Assembly (NCBI GenBank): GCA_002269645.1
Contig: NIVC01002442.1
Span: forward strand, 62,001-126,000
DNA from: Macrostomum lignano
Taxonomy: Eukaryota
Reading direction: 5' to 3'
DNA: 64,000 nt
The notes beneath the pieces were generated by a model. That model did not search any database and was not told the origin of the DNA. It worked only from the letters and a program-made list of their open reading frames with translations. Below are positions 36,125 to 48,600 of the stretch, one piece after another; positions within the stretch are counted from its first letter, which is position 1, and every line of letters starts with the position of its first letter. Made by a program: the position numbers and the translations under genes.

Positions 36125-39100
36125 ATGCCAAAGAATTCCAAACAAGTTGCGTATTTACATAACCCCACTGTTGGAAATTATCACTATGGTAAGTAGGAAG
36201 TTAAAACTATTCCTAAAAAGGCAATGTGTTTATATGAAGGCCTTTATATCTAAAGTGGCACATCTAGGGGGGGTAGCCATTAGGGATTAGATGATATTAT
36301 ATTTTTAGGATTTTCAAGACTCAAGACCTTTGCTTTTGAGATAATCAAGATTAAGCCTAATTAGCATTTAGTAGGCCTATTTACACATTTTTTGTTAGTG
36401 CTAATATTATTATTTGTTAAATATGTATAATGATATAGAAAGAAAACCAATATTATAAAATAATGAGTTTGTTAGTAAGTTGATATAGGGATTAACTGAG
36501 CATGATTTTTTTCATGCATGATTGGAACTCAACTGTGACTATGCATGACCGTGAATTTTTTATAGCATACATTTTAATTTAAACACAATAATTAATATTA
36601 ATACTACCAAGTTTAATAATTTTTATTGATTTTTTAAGTTTTGTTTTATAATGTTTATAGTTTGACTATCTTTTATTATGTGGCTTTGTTATTATCTAAA
36701 CTGATTTGTTGCAGTCTCTTAGCTCTTAGCTTTGGCCTATTTTAATAAGAAGCATAAGGCAAAATTAAAAAATTCTTTTTTAAAGAAAGTATAAAGTCCA
36801 TTTTGATAAAAAAAAAATTTTGATTTTACATTTTAGGTCCTAAGCAAATTGGCTATTCATCATTATAATTTTTTAATAATATTACATATTTTATATTTAT
36901 AACAATATCAGGTATAATAAAATAAATAGCAAAACCATTTTGTATAACTTCTGGAGAAGTAAAAAAATTATGCTATTAATTATTATGCTTAGAATGATTA
37001 GGCCCTACTAGTGTACCAAAAATTTCTAATTTTCTAGCATACCAATTGACAGTTTAGCCATTTGGGCATTCCAATTTGGTATACCATTTAAATTTTAAGT
37101 TTGAGATAAATTTTTGGCTCTTAATTACAAAAAATGTTAATTATAAATTTATATTTTTGAGCTGTAATTTTGTTTTATTTAAAATGAGAATAATTTGAAA
37201 TATTTTTAAAAAGATATTCTTTATAAGAAGGTTTTCTTAAAAAAATCTTTTCATTTGATGTATTTTTACAAAATTTATTGCTTCTAGCATACTATATACT
37301 GCATTATCTTGACTATGGATTTATTGGAAATTAAAGTACTTTTGGCTTTTTATATATTTATTACTAATTTGTATTAACTCACAGGCCCAGGCCATCCAAT
37401 GAAGCCTCACAGACTCAGCCTGACCCACAGCCTCATTGTGAATTATGGCCTCATCGATGCCATGGATGTAAGCTGGCTTCCTGTTCATTGTCGTGTTTTT
37501 TTATGTTTAATGTTTTATGTATCATGTGTAATGGTAAAGCTGCACTCCCATATGCACTCATTTTAGTACTTTATTCCATATCGCGCCACATCTCACGACA
37601 TGGCCCTGTTCCACACCGAGGATTATGTGCACTTCCTGGAGAGCGTCTCGCCCCAGACCATCGGCAGCGTTGCCAAGGAGGTCACCAGCATGTTCAATGT
37701 CGGCGACGACTGGTTAGTGACTTCTTCGTGCTCGGCTGCTGCATCCCTCCTGCTGGGATGTCCCCAGCCCTCCTGGGATGTCCCCAGCCCTCCTGGGATG
37801 TCCCCAGCCCTCCTGCTGTGGTGTCCGCATCTCCCGCTGGGGTGTGTCCGCATCCCTCCCGCTGGGGTGTCCGCATCCCTCCTGCTGTGGTGTCCGCATC
37901 CCTCCCGCTGGAGTGTCCGCATCCCTCCTGCTGTGGTGTCCGCATCCCTCCTGCTGTGGTGTCCGCATCTCCCGCTGGGGTGTGTCCGCATCTCTCCTGC
38001 TGTGGTGTCCGCATCCCTCCTGCTGTGGTGTCCGCATCTCCCGCTGGGGTGTGTCCGCATCCCTCCCGCTGGGGTGTCCGCATCCCTCTTGCTGGGGTGT
38101 CCGCGTCCCTCCCCCATGTACAGAAGCCCCCTGACCGCCACCCGCAGCCCGGTATTTGACGGCATCTTCGACTTCTGCTCGGCGTACACCGGCGCCTCCA
38201 TTCAGGGAGCGCAGCTGATCAACAACAATGTGAGCTTGCGGGTTACAGGTGCTTTGTAAACATCCGGTCATCACTGCTAGCACTACAGAGTTTAATAGTT
38301 GTCCTTGAGTTTGAACGCCAGCTGTCTGAATTGAGTGCCAGCTGTCTGAATTGAGTGCCAGCTGTCTGAATTGAGTGCCCGCTGTCTGAATTGAATGCCA
38401 GCTGTCTGAATTGAGTGCCAGCTGTCTGAATTGAGTGCCAGCTGTCTGAATTGAATGCCAGCTGTCTGAACTGAATGCCAGCTGTCTGAACTGAATGCCA
38501 GCTGTCTGAACTGAATGCCAGCTGTCTGAACTGAATGCCAGCTGTCTGAACTGAATGCCAGCTGTCTGAACTGAATGCCAGCTGTCTGAACTGAATGCCA
38601 GCTGTCTGAACTGAATGCCAGCTGTCTGAATTGAATGCCAGCTGTCTGAATTGAGTGCCAGCTGTCTGAACTGAATGCCAGCTGTCTGAACTGAATGCCA
38701 GCTGTCTGAATTGAATGCCAGCTGTCTGAACTGAATGCCAGCTGTCTGAACTGAATGCCAGCTGTCTGAACTGAATGCCAGCTGTCTGAACTGAATGCCA
38801 GCTGTCTGAACTGAATGCCAGCTGTCTGAATTGAATTGAGATCTTCGCCCCCCCCCACACCGCAGCAATGCGAGATCGCCATCAACTGGTCCGGCGGCCT
38901 TCACCACGCCAAGAAGTACGAGGCCTCCGGCTTCTGCTACATCAACGACATCGTGCTGGGAATCCTGGAGCTGTTAAAGCACCACGCTCGGGTGCTGTAC
39001 ATCGACATCGACATTCACCACGGCGACGGCGTGCAGGAGGCCTTCTACCTGACCGACCGCGTGATGACGGTGTCCTTCCACAAGTACGGCAACCTCTTCT

Positions 39101-39750
39101 TCCCGGGCACCGGCGACATGTACGAGATCGGCGCGGACGCCGGCCGGCTGTACAGCGTCAACGTGCCGCTGAAGGAGGGCATCGACGATGAGCTGTACGC
39201 CTCGATCTTCAAGCCGGTGGTGCGCGACGTGTTCGACTTCTACCAGCCCTCCGTGGTGGTGCTGCAGTGCGGCGCCGACTCGCTCGGCTGCGACCGGCTC
39301 GGCGTCTTCAATTTGAGCATCTGTGGCCACGGCGAGTGCGTCCGGTTTGTCAAGAGCTTCGGCGTGCCGACCCTCGTGCTGGGCGGCGGCGGCTACACGG
39401 TGCGCAACGTGGCCCGCTGCTGGACCTACGAGACCGCCTGCCTGCTGGGCCGCGAGGACGACATGGCGCCCGACCTGCCCTTCTCCGAGTACATCGACTT
39501 CTTCTCGCCGGACTTCGTGCTGCACCCGGACCTGAGCACCAAGCAGGAGAACATGAACACCAAGACCTACTTGGACTCCATCCGGGTGGTGGTGCACGAC
39601 AACCTCAAGCAGCTCAGCCACGCGCCCTCCGTCCAGCTGCAGGACGTGCCGCCCGACTTTTTTCCTCAGCTGGACGATGACCAGCGCGCCGAGATGGAGG
39701 AGCGGGAGGACGCCCGGATGTCCGGCTCTGACCAGGATATGTACGACTAG
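36125..39750 (+). CDS. HDAC3: Histone deacetylase 3, 5 exons, 419 aa
   Basis: Exons 36125-36188, 37385-37467, 37567-37712, 38148-38229, 38866-39750, frame-consistent (1260 nt). [42 protein letters not shown], and HDAC3-type [45 protein letters not shown]. Confidence 0.97.
37745..38105. repeat. GC-rich ~19-22-bp compound minisatellite, HDAC3 intron 3
   Basis: Recurring CTCCTGCTGTGGTGTCCGCATC / CCCGCTGGGGTGT units. Confidence 0.9.
38318..38835. repeat. 20-bp minisatellite (GCTGTCTGAACTGAATGCCA)n, ~26 copies, HDAC3 intron 4
   Basis: Direct periodicity. Confidence 0.97.
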
Positions 39751-40283
39751 GCACTTTGCAGAGGGAAAGCATGCTGTATAGAACTGTGCATGAGTTTTAT
39801 CGCTTTAGTCCCGCCTAATGTTTGCTTTTTTTAGCTGCTAACCCTTTGAATTTACGGTAAATCTGCGGTCTGTACAGCGAAAGCAAAAAGCATCCATTGT
39901 CTTGTAATAAATTGTGCTGAACTTGTCCGTACGGTACTGTAAATCTACCGACTCGGCAATAGAAACTCTTTGCCAAGTGCGCAAATCAACATTTTAAAGC
40001 ATGCACATTGGCTTTATCCGGCTTGAATGAATTTCACTGTGAACAGTGGACTGCGACTCAAGTGAGAGCTTCTACATCTGTATGTGCTTATATCTACATA
40101 CGTATCTACATATGTATACGCACAGATCACACGAGGTGTACTGCTGCTGCAAGCCCAGACTTTCTAATCATCGGACATGTACAATTTCTGTGATTTGGGG
40201 TTGGCCCTCGTGGAGTGAATCGCACCGCACGCCCCAAAACTAATGTACGTATTACATAAACCACGGACGAGGTAAAAATTTGC

Positions 40284-40405
40284 GTTATTGACATTGAATA
40301 CGAGTTGAGTGAACACCAGCTAGTTGGGTTATTGACATTGAATACGAGCTGAGTGTACACCAGCTAGTTGGGTTATTGACTTTGAGTACGAGCTGTGAGT
40401 GTACT
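40284..40405. repeat. 44-bp tandem repeat, ~2.7 copies, between the HDAC3 and nuclear receptor 3' ends
   Basis: GTTATTGAC at 40284, 40328, 40372. Confidence 0.85.
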
Positions 40406-40542
40406 AGCTCGTAACACCAAACTTCATGCGTTTTGTGTCCTTAATATGATATCAGTTTCTAAATTGAAGCAAAATTTGTTAATTTATATCCAAGCAAATT
40501 CTGTCAAATCTGTGCTTAACTTCAGAAGTAAGATAAGCAGTT

Positions 40543-42567
40543 TCAGTACAGCTGGCGCAGCTGCTGCGGGTCCACCTCAGTCAGGGCGGTCCGCAGCATC
40601 TCTTCGGTCAGCGGAGGTGGCAGGCGGCCCTCCTGGTTGAACACGCGTTCAAAGTAGGCCAGCGTCAGCAGGCGGGCGCTGATCAAGTTGCTGCTGATCT
40701 GGAGGAGGCGGCCGCGGCGCACCGGGCAGGGGCAGATGCGTCTCAGCGCCTGGAGGTGGTGTCGCTGAAGAGCATCAATGCTGTCAGGATCAGCCCACTG
40801 AGTTGAGCCGCTGATCTCCAAGAAGATGATGACGCGCAGGTGCAGCAGCTCGGCGTGTCGCAGGTTCAGCTGGCCGAGGAGCTGCGCCAGGCAGCGGGAT
40901 TGCTGGCTGATCCGCGGCGGCTGCGGAGAGCCTTCGGTCAGACTGAAGCCTTCGCAGAACCGCAGCGTCCCGGAGTAGGGCTGCGAGTTCCACGCCACCT
41001 GGAGGCATTGGCAGACAGCTAAGTAGGGGGTTGCCTTTTGGTTGGGTGCATATTCCGTGCAGGGACCGGGTGCATGCACGGATACTGTAAAAACGCCTAC
41101 CCGGGCATGTTTGCATGGTAACTATACTGGCTCTAAGGGGTTTACTCGTACAAGGTTAACCAAGGTTTAGCTAAATGCTAATCGGAAGGAAAATTCTACA
41201 TGTACGTCACTCCTAAGCAAACCAAGGCTACTCTAAATGGCATCTGCAAAATGCACACCTGCAGATTGATGACGTCAAGCCAGTGCCTCTGTATCAGGGC
41301 TACCCGGTCTTCCATGAGCAGGGCAGAAAATCCCGGAAGCTGCTTGGCCCAGCGCACCAGCGAGCCCAGGTAGGCCTCAACTAGCAGAGAGATGCCGATG
41401 GGCATGATCAGTCTCAGGTCCTGCTCCCCGGCCATGTCGCTCATGTCGATGCGTACCGGTTCCAGGTCCGGCACGCCTTCCTCCTGGCTGCTATCCACAG
41501 CGCTTGCCGAGCTCTGGGACGGACCGGCCGAGCTCTGGGACGGACCGGCCGCCTCGGAAACACTCGGTGGTCTCGGGAGAATCTGTCGGGGCCTCCATGG
41601 CGGCGGGGTTGCAGGAGGTGCCATCGGCAGCAGCTGCTGCTGTGCGCTTGCCTGCTGATAGAGCTGCCGCAGGTGCTGCGGCCAGGCTGATAGCATTGGC
41701 TGCAACAGCATGGAGCCAGCCGGCTGGCGGATGGTCACTCGAGGTCCGATCGAGTTGTAGAGCACCATCTGTTGCTGTTGCTGCTGCGCTCCAATGGGCC
41801 CTGGTGCACTTAAAGGCGCTCTCTGTGGGGATAATTTTGGTTGAATTGGTTTTAATTAATTTCTGCATTGCGTTGATCAGATGCTTCAATATCGATCAGT
41901 TTCTACCTGAAATTTCTGCACTATTTAAGTATTTGTTTAGATAGAAAGACTGACTGGCGCTTCATCACTTTTTCATTCCTAAGTGTCACAATGAAATAGA
42001 AAAAATCCTTTTCGATTAAGTCTGGATCTGCAGGATCTTATGCAGGATGTCCGCCTCCAGGATGTACGCTTGTTAAACCTGGATATTGTTCGCTAGTCAT
42101 TAGGTCCTTGGATCATGGACAGCTTGTCAAGGTTTGCCTAAGGGCAAACAAGCAGACAGTCGAAATGTCCATAAAACTTGAAAAAAACTAACAAACACCC
42201 GGTAGATATCAAAACAGTGGAAGTTTTAGCAAGCAAACTTTATTGAAGAGCTCAACCTGTCTGTGCGCTCGCGCGGTGACGCGGCGCCACCAATGTCCGG
42301 CGCCAGCGAGCGGACAAGCGCGGTTCGCATGCCGACCTGCAGGCAGCGGCGGAAGCGACAGGCGCCGCAGCCCCGGTTCCGCTCGGAAGCGAGCGAGCAG
42401 TGATGCGGTTTCCGGATGCAGCTGTAAGTCAGGCAGAGCTGCACCGTCCGCTTGAAGAAGGACTTGCAGGCGTGGCAGGTCACGGCGCCGTAGTGACTGC
42501 CGGCCGGCCAAGTGCAGCGGCAGACGGCGCAGCGGTTATCAGCCCTCTTTGCCTTAGAGTCCGACAT
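40543..42567 (-). CDS. Divergent nuclear hormone receptor (C4 DNA-binding domain + ligand-binding domain), 3 exons, ~438 aa
   Basis: Exons 42257-42567, 41259-41808, 40543-40998, frame-consistent. DBD CAVC...HYGAVTCHACKSFFKR...C...C...CGACRFRRCLQVGM; LBD signature WAKQLPGFSALLMEDRVALI; AF-2-like LTEEML. Confidence 0.9.
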
Positions 42568-43659
42568 CTTGTGTCCGAAGCAGAGATAAAGCAGAGTCAC
42601 AGCAGAGCTCGAAATCGAGAGCAAAAAAGCTATAAAGCTCTGCTTTGACGGACTCCGAGTTGAGCATAAATACGCCGAGATGAGGCTGCTGGGACTCCCG
42701 CCTCTCCTTAATTGGAGGCAGAGTAAGGTAATTTGTCGATTAAGGAAAATTTTCGAAGGAGGTGGCACCTGAGCACGCAGAAAAGCTTCCGAGCATGGAA
42801 AATGCAGCGTGATTAGTCAAATTATCTGGTGATGGTGATGGTAAGGCCGACCACGCATGATGGCCCAACATTAACCTCTGGCTGTGAAAGCTCGAGTCCG
42901 CATCTGTAGGATTTGGCTCCAGGAGCCCCCATCCATTATAGCCCCCTCCCCCCTCCAGTCTCCGAGGAGCAGCTGCTCAAAGATCAGCAAAACAATGCAA
43001 CTTAATCTTGCATCGCAACAAAAGCAATTGTCAATGGACATCTCCAGTTGATTTACGTCGCTCAACCGGGCAAAACAGTCATCGTCATTATTTCTCATCG
43101 GGACAGAAAACCTCCTTGTTAATTAGATAGATTACCTGGCAAGCTGGATCATAATAGACACAATCAAAGAGAGCATGAAAAGAAACATGATAGAGACAGC
43201 TGATCCTGGCTCGCAGCGGTAGATGCAGCATGCCATGAGACAGACTTGGCCTACGAGCTGCAGTCTGCGTTGTTTTTAAAAAGAGTCAACCTCTTTTTAG
43301 AGCAGGCATGGCTGGAGTTATCTCCATGCTGCCCTACTAGCCGACCCAGGGATACGCGTCCCACGAGTGTTGAAGGTGGACCCTAAGGCCACTGGACAGC
43401 TTTGGATTTTGGCCTTAGCTGCTAAGGGTACAGGTTATCCCCTGTGCGCTTACCTGATCAGGTGTCTCTGGCTACATGTACAGCTCCGAGGTAAAGGTGC
43501 AGCCCTTTGATCGTAACAGGGTACGCAGCTAATTTTCTAATGCCTAAGGTTTTGACCGCGCCGAAGGGCTGGATGATTGGGGAGCTGAACCGGCCGCTTG
43601 GTTTCCTTTTCTTTTTTTAATTTTTTCTTCCGTGACTCTGCTCACCCTTTCCCGTTTTC

Positions 43660-44510
43660 AGCCATGGCTTCTACCACCGCAAATAATCCCGCTAAGGACG
43701 GGACCCCGGCAACTCCGGCAGTTGGGTTGCCACCGCAGGGGCAGTTGGGCTCGTCGCGGGCTCGTCTGGCGACAAACCCGCACGCGCACCCGGGTCCGCA
43801 ATTCACGCCGCAATGAGTGGCGCCGACGCGATAGGGAGGCTACGGGCCGGCAACCTGCGGAGGGGAACCTCGGGAAAACCCCGCTGGTATGCCACACACA
43901 GCAAACCCGCCACCACCACCGAAACCTACGGAGCAAGGAGCAAGACCTCACTGCCGATGAATTCTCGAAAGTGCCTGGCGCACCATCGATGCTGCACTTA
44001 TTGACCAGCTCCTGGCAGGCTGCCCCCGTGAGTGTGGTCAGATCAGCCAAGACCGACGGCTGCTTCTTCATTTGGTGCAACTCAGAGAGGAGAGCAGCCG
44101 GAGTCTGTGCGAGCTTCTACCAAAATTAGATTGGCCTAAGAAGCTCGGCAAACTCGTCTTCGCCAGGGAGGGCGAGCGACAAAAGACCCAGCACTTTTGC
44201 GTCTGGATCCCGGCCGCGGTGCCATTAAGTCCGGGAATCAGCTGAGGCAGATCCTGCTGAAGCTTCATGCACCCTGACCTCGAGGTCATCGCGGGCTCCT
44301 GCACGCGTGATCTTACGCGTAAAGGGGACCACGGTGATCTTGGAGCTCCCTGACGCCTGGGCTAAGCGCTTGCTGCTAAAGTCCACGATCCACCTTGGTC
44401 TGCGACTCAGCTGACCATCCTCCGTTGAGGAGCGGAAAGCTAGCTGCAACGAAGCCAAGCATGCTGAGGCTTTCGAAACCGTAGCTGGAGCCCATGCAGG
44501 TTCCTCCGGC
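43660..44510 (+). mobile_element. Possible degenerate LINE ORF1 (DUF4780/LOA-like), possibly partly inverted
   Basis: Frameshifted GCFFIWCNSE.. / ELLPKLDWPKKLGKLVFAREGERQKTQHFCVWIP.. / QILLKL..PDLEV resembles LOA-type ORF1; minus-strand RWIVDFSSKRL piece at 44310-44510. Recalled similarity only. Confidence 0.3.
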
Positions 44511-45632
44511 AAAGAAGCTGTAGCAAACGGCTGACCAGCAACCGCAACCGCAGACCTGCTAGGAGCACCCGAAGGCTAGGTCGGGTCTGATTCAGCGCGC
44601 GCTGGACCAGGCCAGGAGCCTCCGGGCGCATCGACGGTGGGGCTGGAGCAGCGGGGGCAGCGCCATGCAGTCCACTTGATCAACCGCCATGTCCGCCGCC
44701 CGACGAATGCTGAAGGCCCGAGAGCAGGCACCCATGAGATAAAAGTGACGGTCACGCTGCGGTAGTGCAGGACCTGCCACGCAGATGGCGACCGCAGTAC
44801 GTCAGTACGTCCGCGCAGAACATGGGCGGACCTATGGGTACGTTTTCTCTCAATGTCGCGCGGCCCTACGAGTAAGCATCAAAAGGGCGGGGAGATGCGG
44901 GCCGTGGTTACTAGCTCCCGTCGTGTAAAAACCGATGCGTGCTCTGCTTCTCGCTCTGGAAACGATATATATATATGGTGTCCGGGACAAGATCGACCAC
45001 TGTATATAACAGGACGTAAAACTCAAAGATCGTGTAAATTTTATTATTTCTATTTCATCGAAAAATCACTGCGGAGATAGGAAAAATCACTTTTTTCATC
45101 ACAAAATTGATTATTGCAAGCATTTTGATCGCACCAAATGTTCATTGTTCTTTAGACGAAACAGCCAAGTACTCGTAACGTAAAACAAATAAGAGCAAGA
45201 AAGTATAAGATAAAGGATAAAAAACTCTATCTAAAAGGCAAATTTATGAAAGAAAGTCCGAAAAAAATTCTTTGACTATTTAGGTCCTTCAAACTCAGAT
45301 AAAAGATTGAATTATTCATCAAAATTAAATTTCACATCTTGATAAGAAATATTTAAATTAATCTGATAGTCAGAGAGCTAGCGCAACTTCAATCATTGTG
45401 TGGAGAGTATAGATTCCTTCCGTGTCTGATTATCTGAGATCCCCATCGTTAAAAAATTATACAACAGCGTTTGTAATCTCTAGACGTTAGTCACTTCCAT
45501 AGAATTTCGGAAATTAATTTATTTTCCAAGTTGCTTTTACTAACTAAAGTGTAACTAGTCAGGCCCTAGCTCTAGGTTAGTGCTTCACATTTATCGCCAC
45601 AAAGCGAATAACACCAATTCAGTTGTTTAAAA

Positions 45633-48600
45633 ATGGAAACTTTGCCAGAGAATGACACGTTTTCAGCGCTGCTCATTGGATTCATGGGTGTTGTTATTTT
45701 TATGCTGTTGTATTTTTTCCAAAGCAGTCGCAAGAAAGATAGCACATCAGTATCTAGTATTGATGAAAAGTCTAACTGGAATGCAGAGAAGAATGGAAAA
45801 CAAAGCAGCAAGTCGGGTAAGTTTTAAGGCACAGCTAAACCTTGTTGCTTGTAATGTGTAATCATTGTGAATCTTTGAGTAAGTTTTCTATCAAAATTTA
45901 GCTATATACTGGACTCCAGAAAATTTTGGAATACAAAGGGACCTAGAGTATACCATTGTTATACAAAGGGGCCTGGCATGCCCTCTTGGCATACAGCTTG
46001 TTATATAAGCTAGAGATTGCCAAGACAGTAGGTGCAATGGGACCAAGTTTCAAGTCCCAACCAATGCAAAAAAAATATACAAAAAGGTACAAAAAATGAC
46101 AAAATTTAAGCTTAGCATAGTCTCCATATGCATAGTTAGAATAGCTAAATTTTGATCAAAAAAGAATAGCTTCCAAAAATTAACATTCTGGGTCTCCATA
46201 GCCTTAGTGTTTTCTTATTCTATATACTTTATTCTGGGCCTTTTTGATCTCAGTATTTCTCTAGGCCTATTCTAGATAAGAACTAACAAGATTTTGTTAG
46301 GCTAAAAGAATAAACAAATTGTCTTCAAAAAGACTATGGCTTGAGCAGTTTTTTTGTCTTTAGCAAGAAAGCAAAACTGCAAATTGATTATATTTTGGTC
46401 CAAGTAGAGCATATAGGCCTATATAGCAATTGAGAAAAAAGGGGTAAGATATTATTAGCTAAAGTGAGTTAGAACAAATTGCTGTTGAAATTTTAACAAA
46501 ATATTAAAATATTAAAACAAAAAGGAATTTTTTACTGGCTAATGCATTTGTATACATATGAGCTATTTAACTACTAAAAGTAATAATAGTTTGCATGGAC
46601 CTTATTTCTATAGATATTTAAAGAAATAGGTATATAGAGATATCTATGTATTATTTACAATTTTTATTGTTTGATATATTTAAATCTATAAATCTATATT
46701 TAACCTAATAAACCTTTTATCTAGTTTGAATTCCATAATTTAGTTTAAATATTCTAATCATTTTGGTTTTGAAATGGTCCATTAGTAATAGATGTTAGAA
46801 TGTTAAAAGTTAGATTTTAATTGGATCAAACAAATGGGCTTGAATTTTTTATTACTCTTAAATTGTTTATTTAAAATTTATATTTTATGAAACTTTTAAT
46901 TTATTTCAATACATTTCTCTATCCCCAGCTTCCCAGCCATCTGCTAAGCAACCTAAGCCAACCACAAAGAAGGATGCAAAGTCTCCACAGTTCACACACG
47001 AGTGGCTTGCCTGCACACTAAAAGGTCACACTGGCAATGTACTGGATATTGACTTCAGTCCTAATGGCAAATATCTTATTAGCTGCGATGATGGTGAGCT
47101 GAATAGCTGTTTTGCAATGATGCCCTGTAGAATCTGCAGTCGGGTCAGTGGAATCTGCAGTCGGGTCAGTGGAATCTGCAGTCTGGGGTCAATGGAATCT
47201 GCAGTCTGGGGTCAGTGGAATCTGCAGTCGGGTCAGTGGAATCTGCAGTCTGGGGTCAGTGGAATCTGCAATCTAGGGTCAATGGAATCTGCAGTCTGGG
47301 GTCAGTGGAATCTGCAGTCTGGGGTCAGTGGAATCTGCAGTCTGGGGTCAGTGGAATCTGCAGTCTGGGGTCAGTGGAATCTGCAGTCTGGGGTCAGTGG
47401 AATCTGCAGTCTGGGGTCAGTGGAATCTGCAGTCTAGGGTCCGTGGAATCTGCAGTCTACAGTCTAGGGTCAGTAGAATCTGCAGTCTAGGGTCAATGGA
47501 ATCTGCAGTCTAGGGTCAGTGGAATCTGCAGTCTAGGGTCAGTGGAATCTGCAATCTAGGGTCAGTGGAATCTGCAGTCTACAGTCTAGGGTCAGTAGAA
47601 TCTGCAGTCTAGGGTCAATGGAATCTGCAGTCTAGGGTCAATGGAATCTGCAGTCTACAGTCTAGGGTCAGTAGAATCTGCAGTCTAGGGTCAGTGGAAT
47701 CTGCAGTCTACAGTCTAGGGTCAGTGGAATCTGCAGTCTGGGGTCCGTGGAATCTGCAGTCTGGGGTCAGTAGAATCTGCAGTCTAGGGTCAGTGGAATC
47801 TGCAGTCTAGGGTCAATGGAATCTGCAGTCTAGGGTCAGTGGAATCTGCAGTCTACAGTCTAGGGTCAGTAGAATCTGCAGTCTAGGGTCAGTGGAATCT
47901 GCAGTCTGGGGTCCGTGGAATCTGCAGTCGGGTCAGTGGAATCTGCAGTCTGGGGTCAGTAGAATCTGCAGTCTAGGGTCAGTGGAATCTGCAGTCTAGG
48001 GTCAGTGGAATCTGCAGTCTAGGGTCAGTGGAATCTGCAGTCTAGGGTCAGTGGAATCTGCAGTCTACAGTCTAGGGTCAGTAGAATCTGCAGTCTAGGG
48101 TCAGTGGAATCTGCAGTCTAGGGTCAGTGGAATCTGCAGTCTACAGTCTAGGGTCAGTAGAATCTGCAGTCTAGGGTCAATGGAATCTGCACTCTAGGGT
48201 CAGTGGAATCTGCAGTCTAGGGTCAGTGGAATCTGCAGTCTAGGGTCAGTGGAATCTGCAGTCTACAGTCTGGGGTCAGTAGAATCTGCAGTCTAGGGTC
48301 AATGGAATCTGCAGTCTAGGGTCAGTGGAATCTGCAGTCTAGGGTCAGTGGAATCTGCAGTCTAGGGTCAGTGGAATCTGCAGTCTACAGTCTAGGGTCA
48401 GTAGAATCTGCAGTCTAGGGTCAGTGGAATCTGCAGTCTGGGGTCCGTGGAATCTGCAGTCGGGTCAGTGGAATCTGCAGTCTGGGGTCAGTAGAATCTG
48501 CAGTCTAGGGTCAGTGGAATCTGCAGTCCCATATCCCACCCCCCCAGACCGGTCCTGCTTCCTGTGGTTCACAAAGGACTGGTCGGTCCGCAAGGCGGTG

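Noticed and set aside
38866-39750. Altered catalytic or inositol-phosphate-binding residues in HDAC3
   Set aside because: HH, DxH, D, Y and the CDR / YTVR arginines are all present.
36125-42567. Functional linkage of HDAC3 with the convergent nuclear receptor
   Set aside because: HDAC3-NCoR acts on nuclear receptors generally, but tail-to-tail adjacency alone is not evidence.
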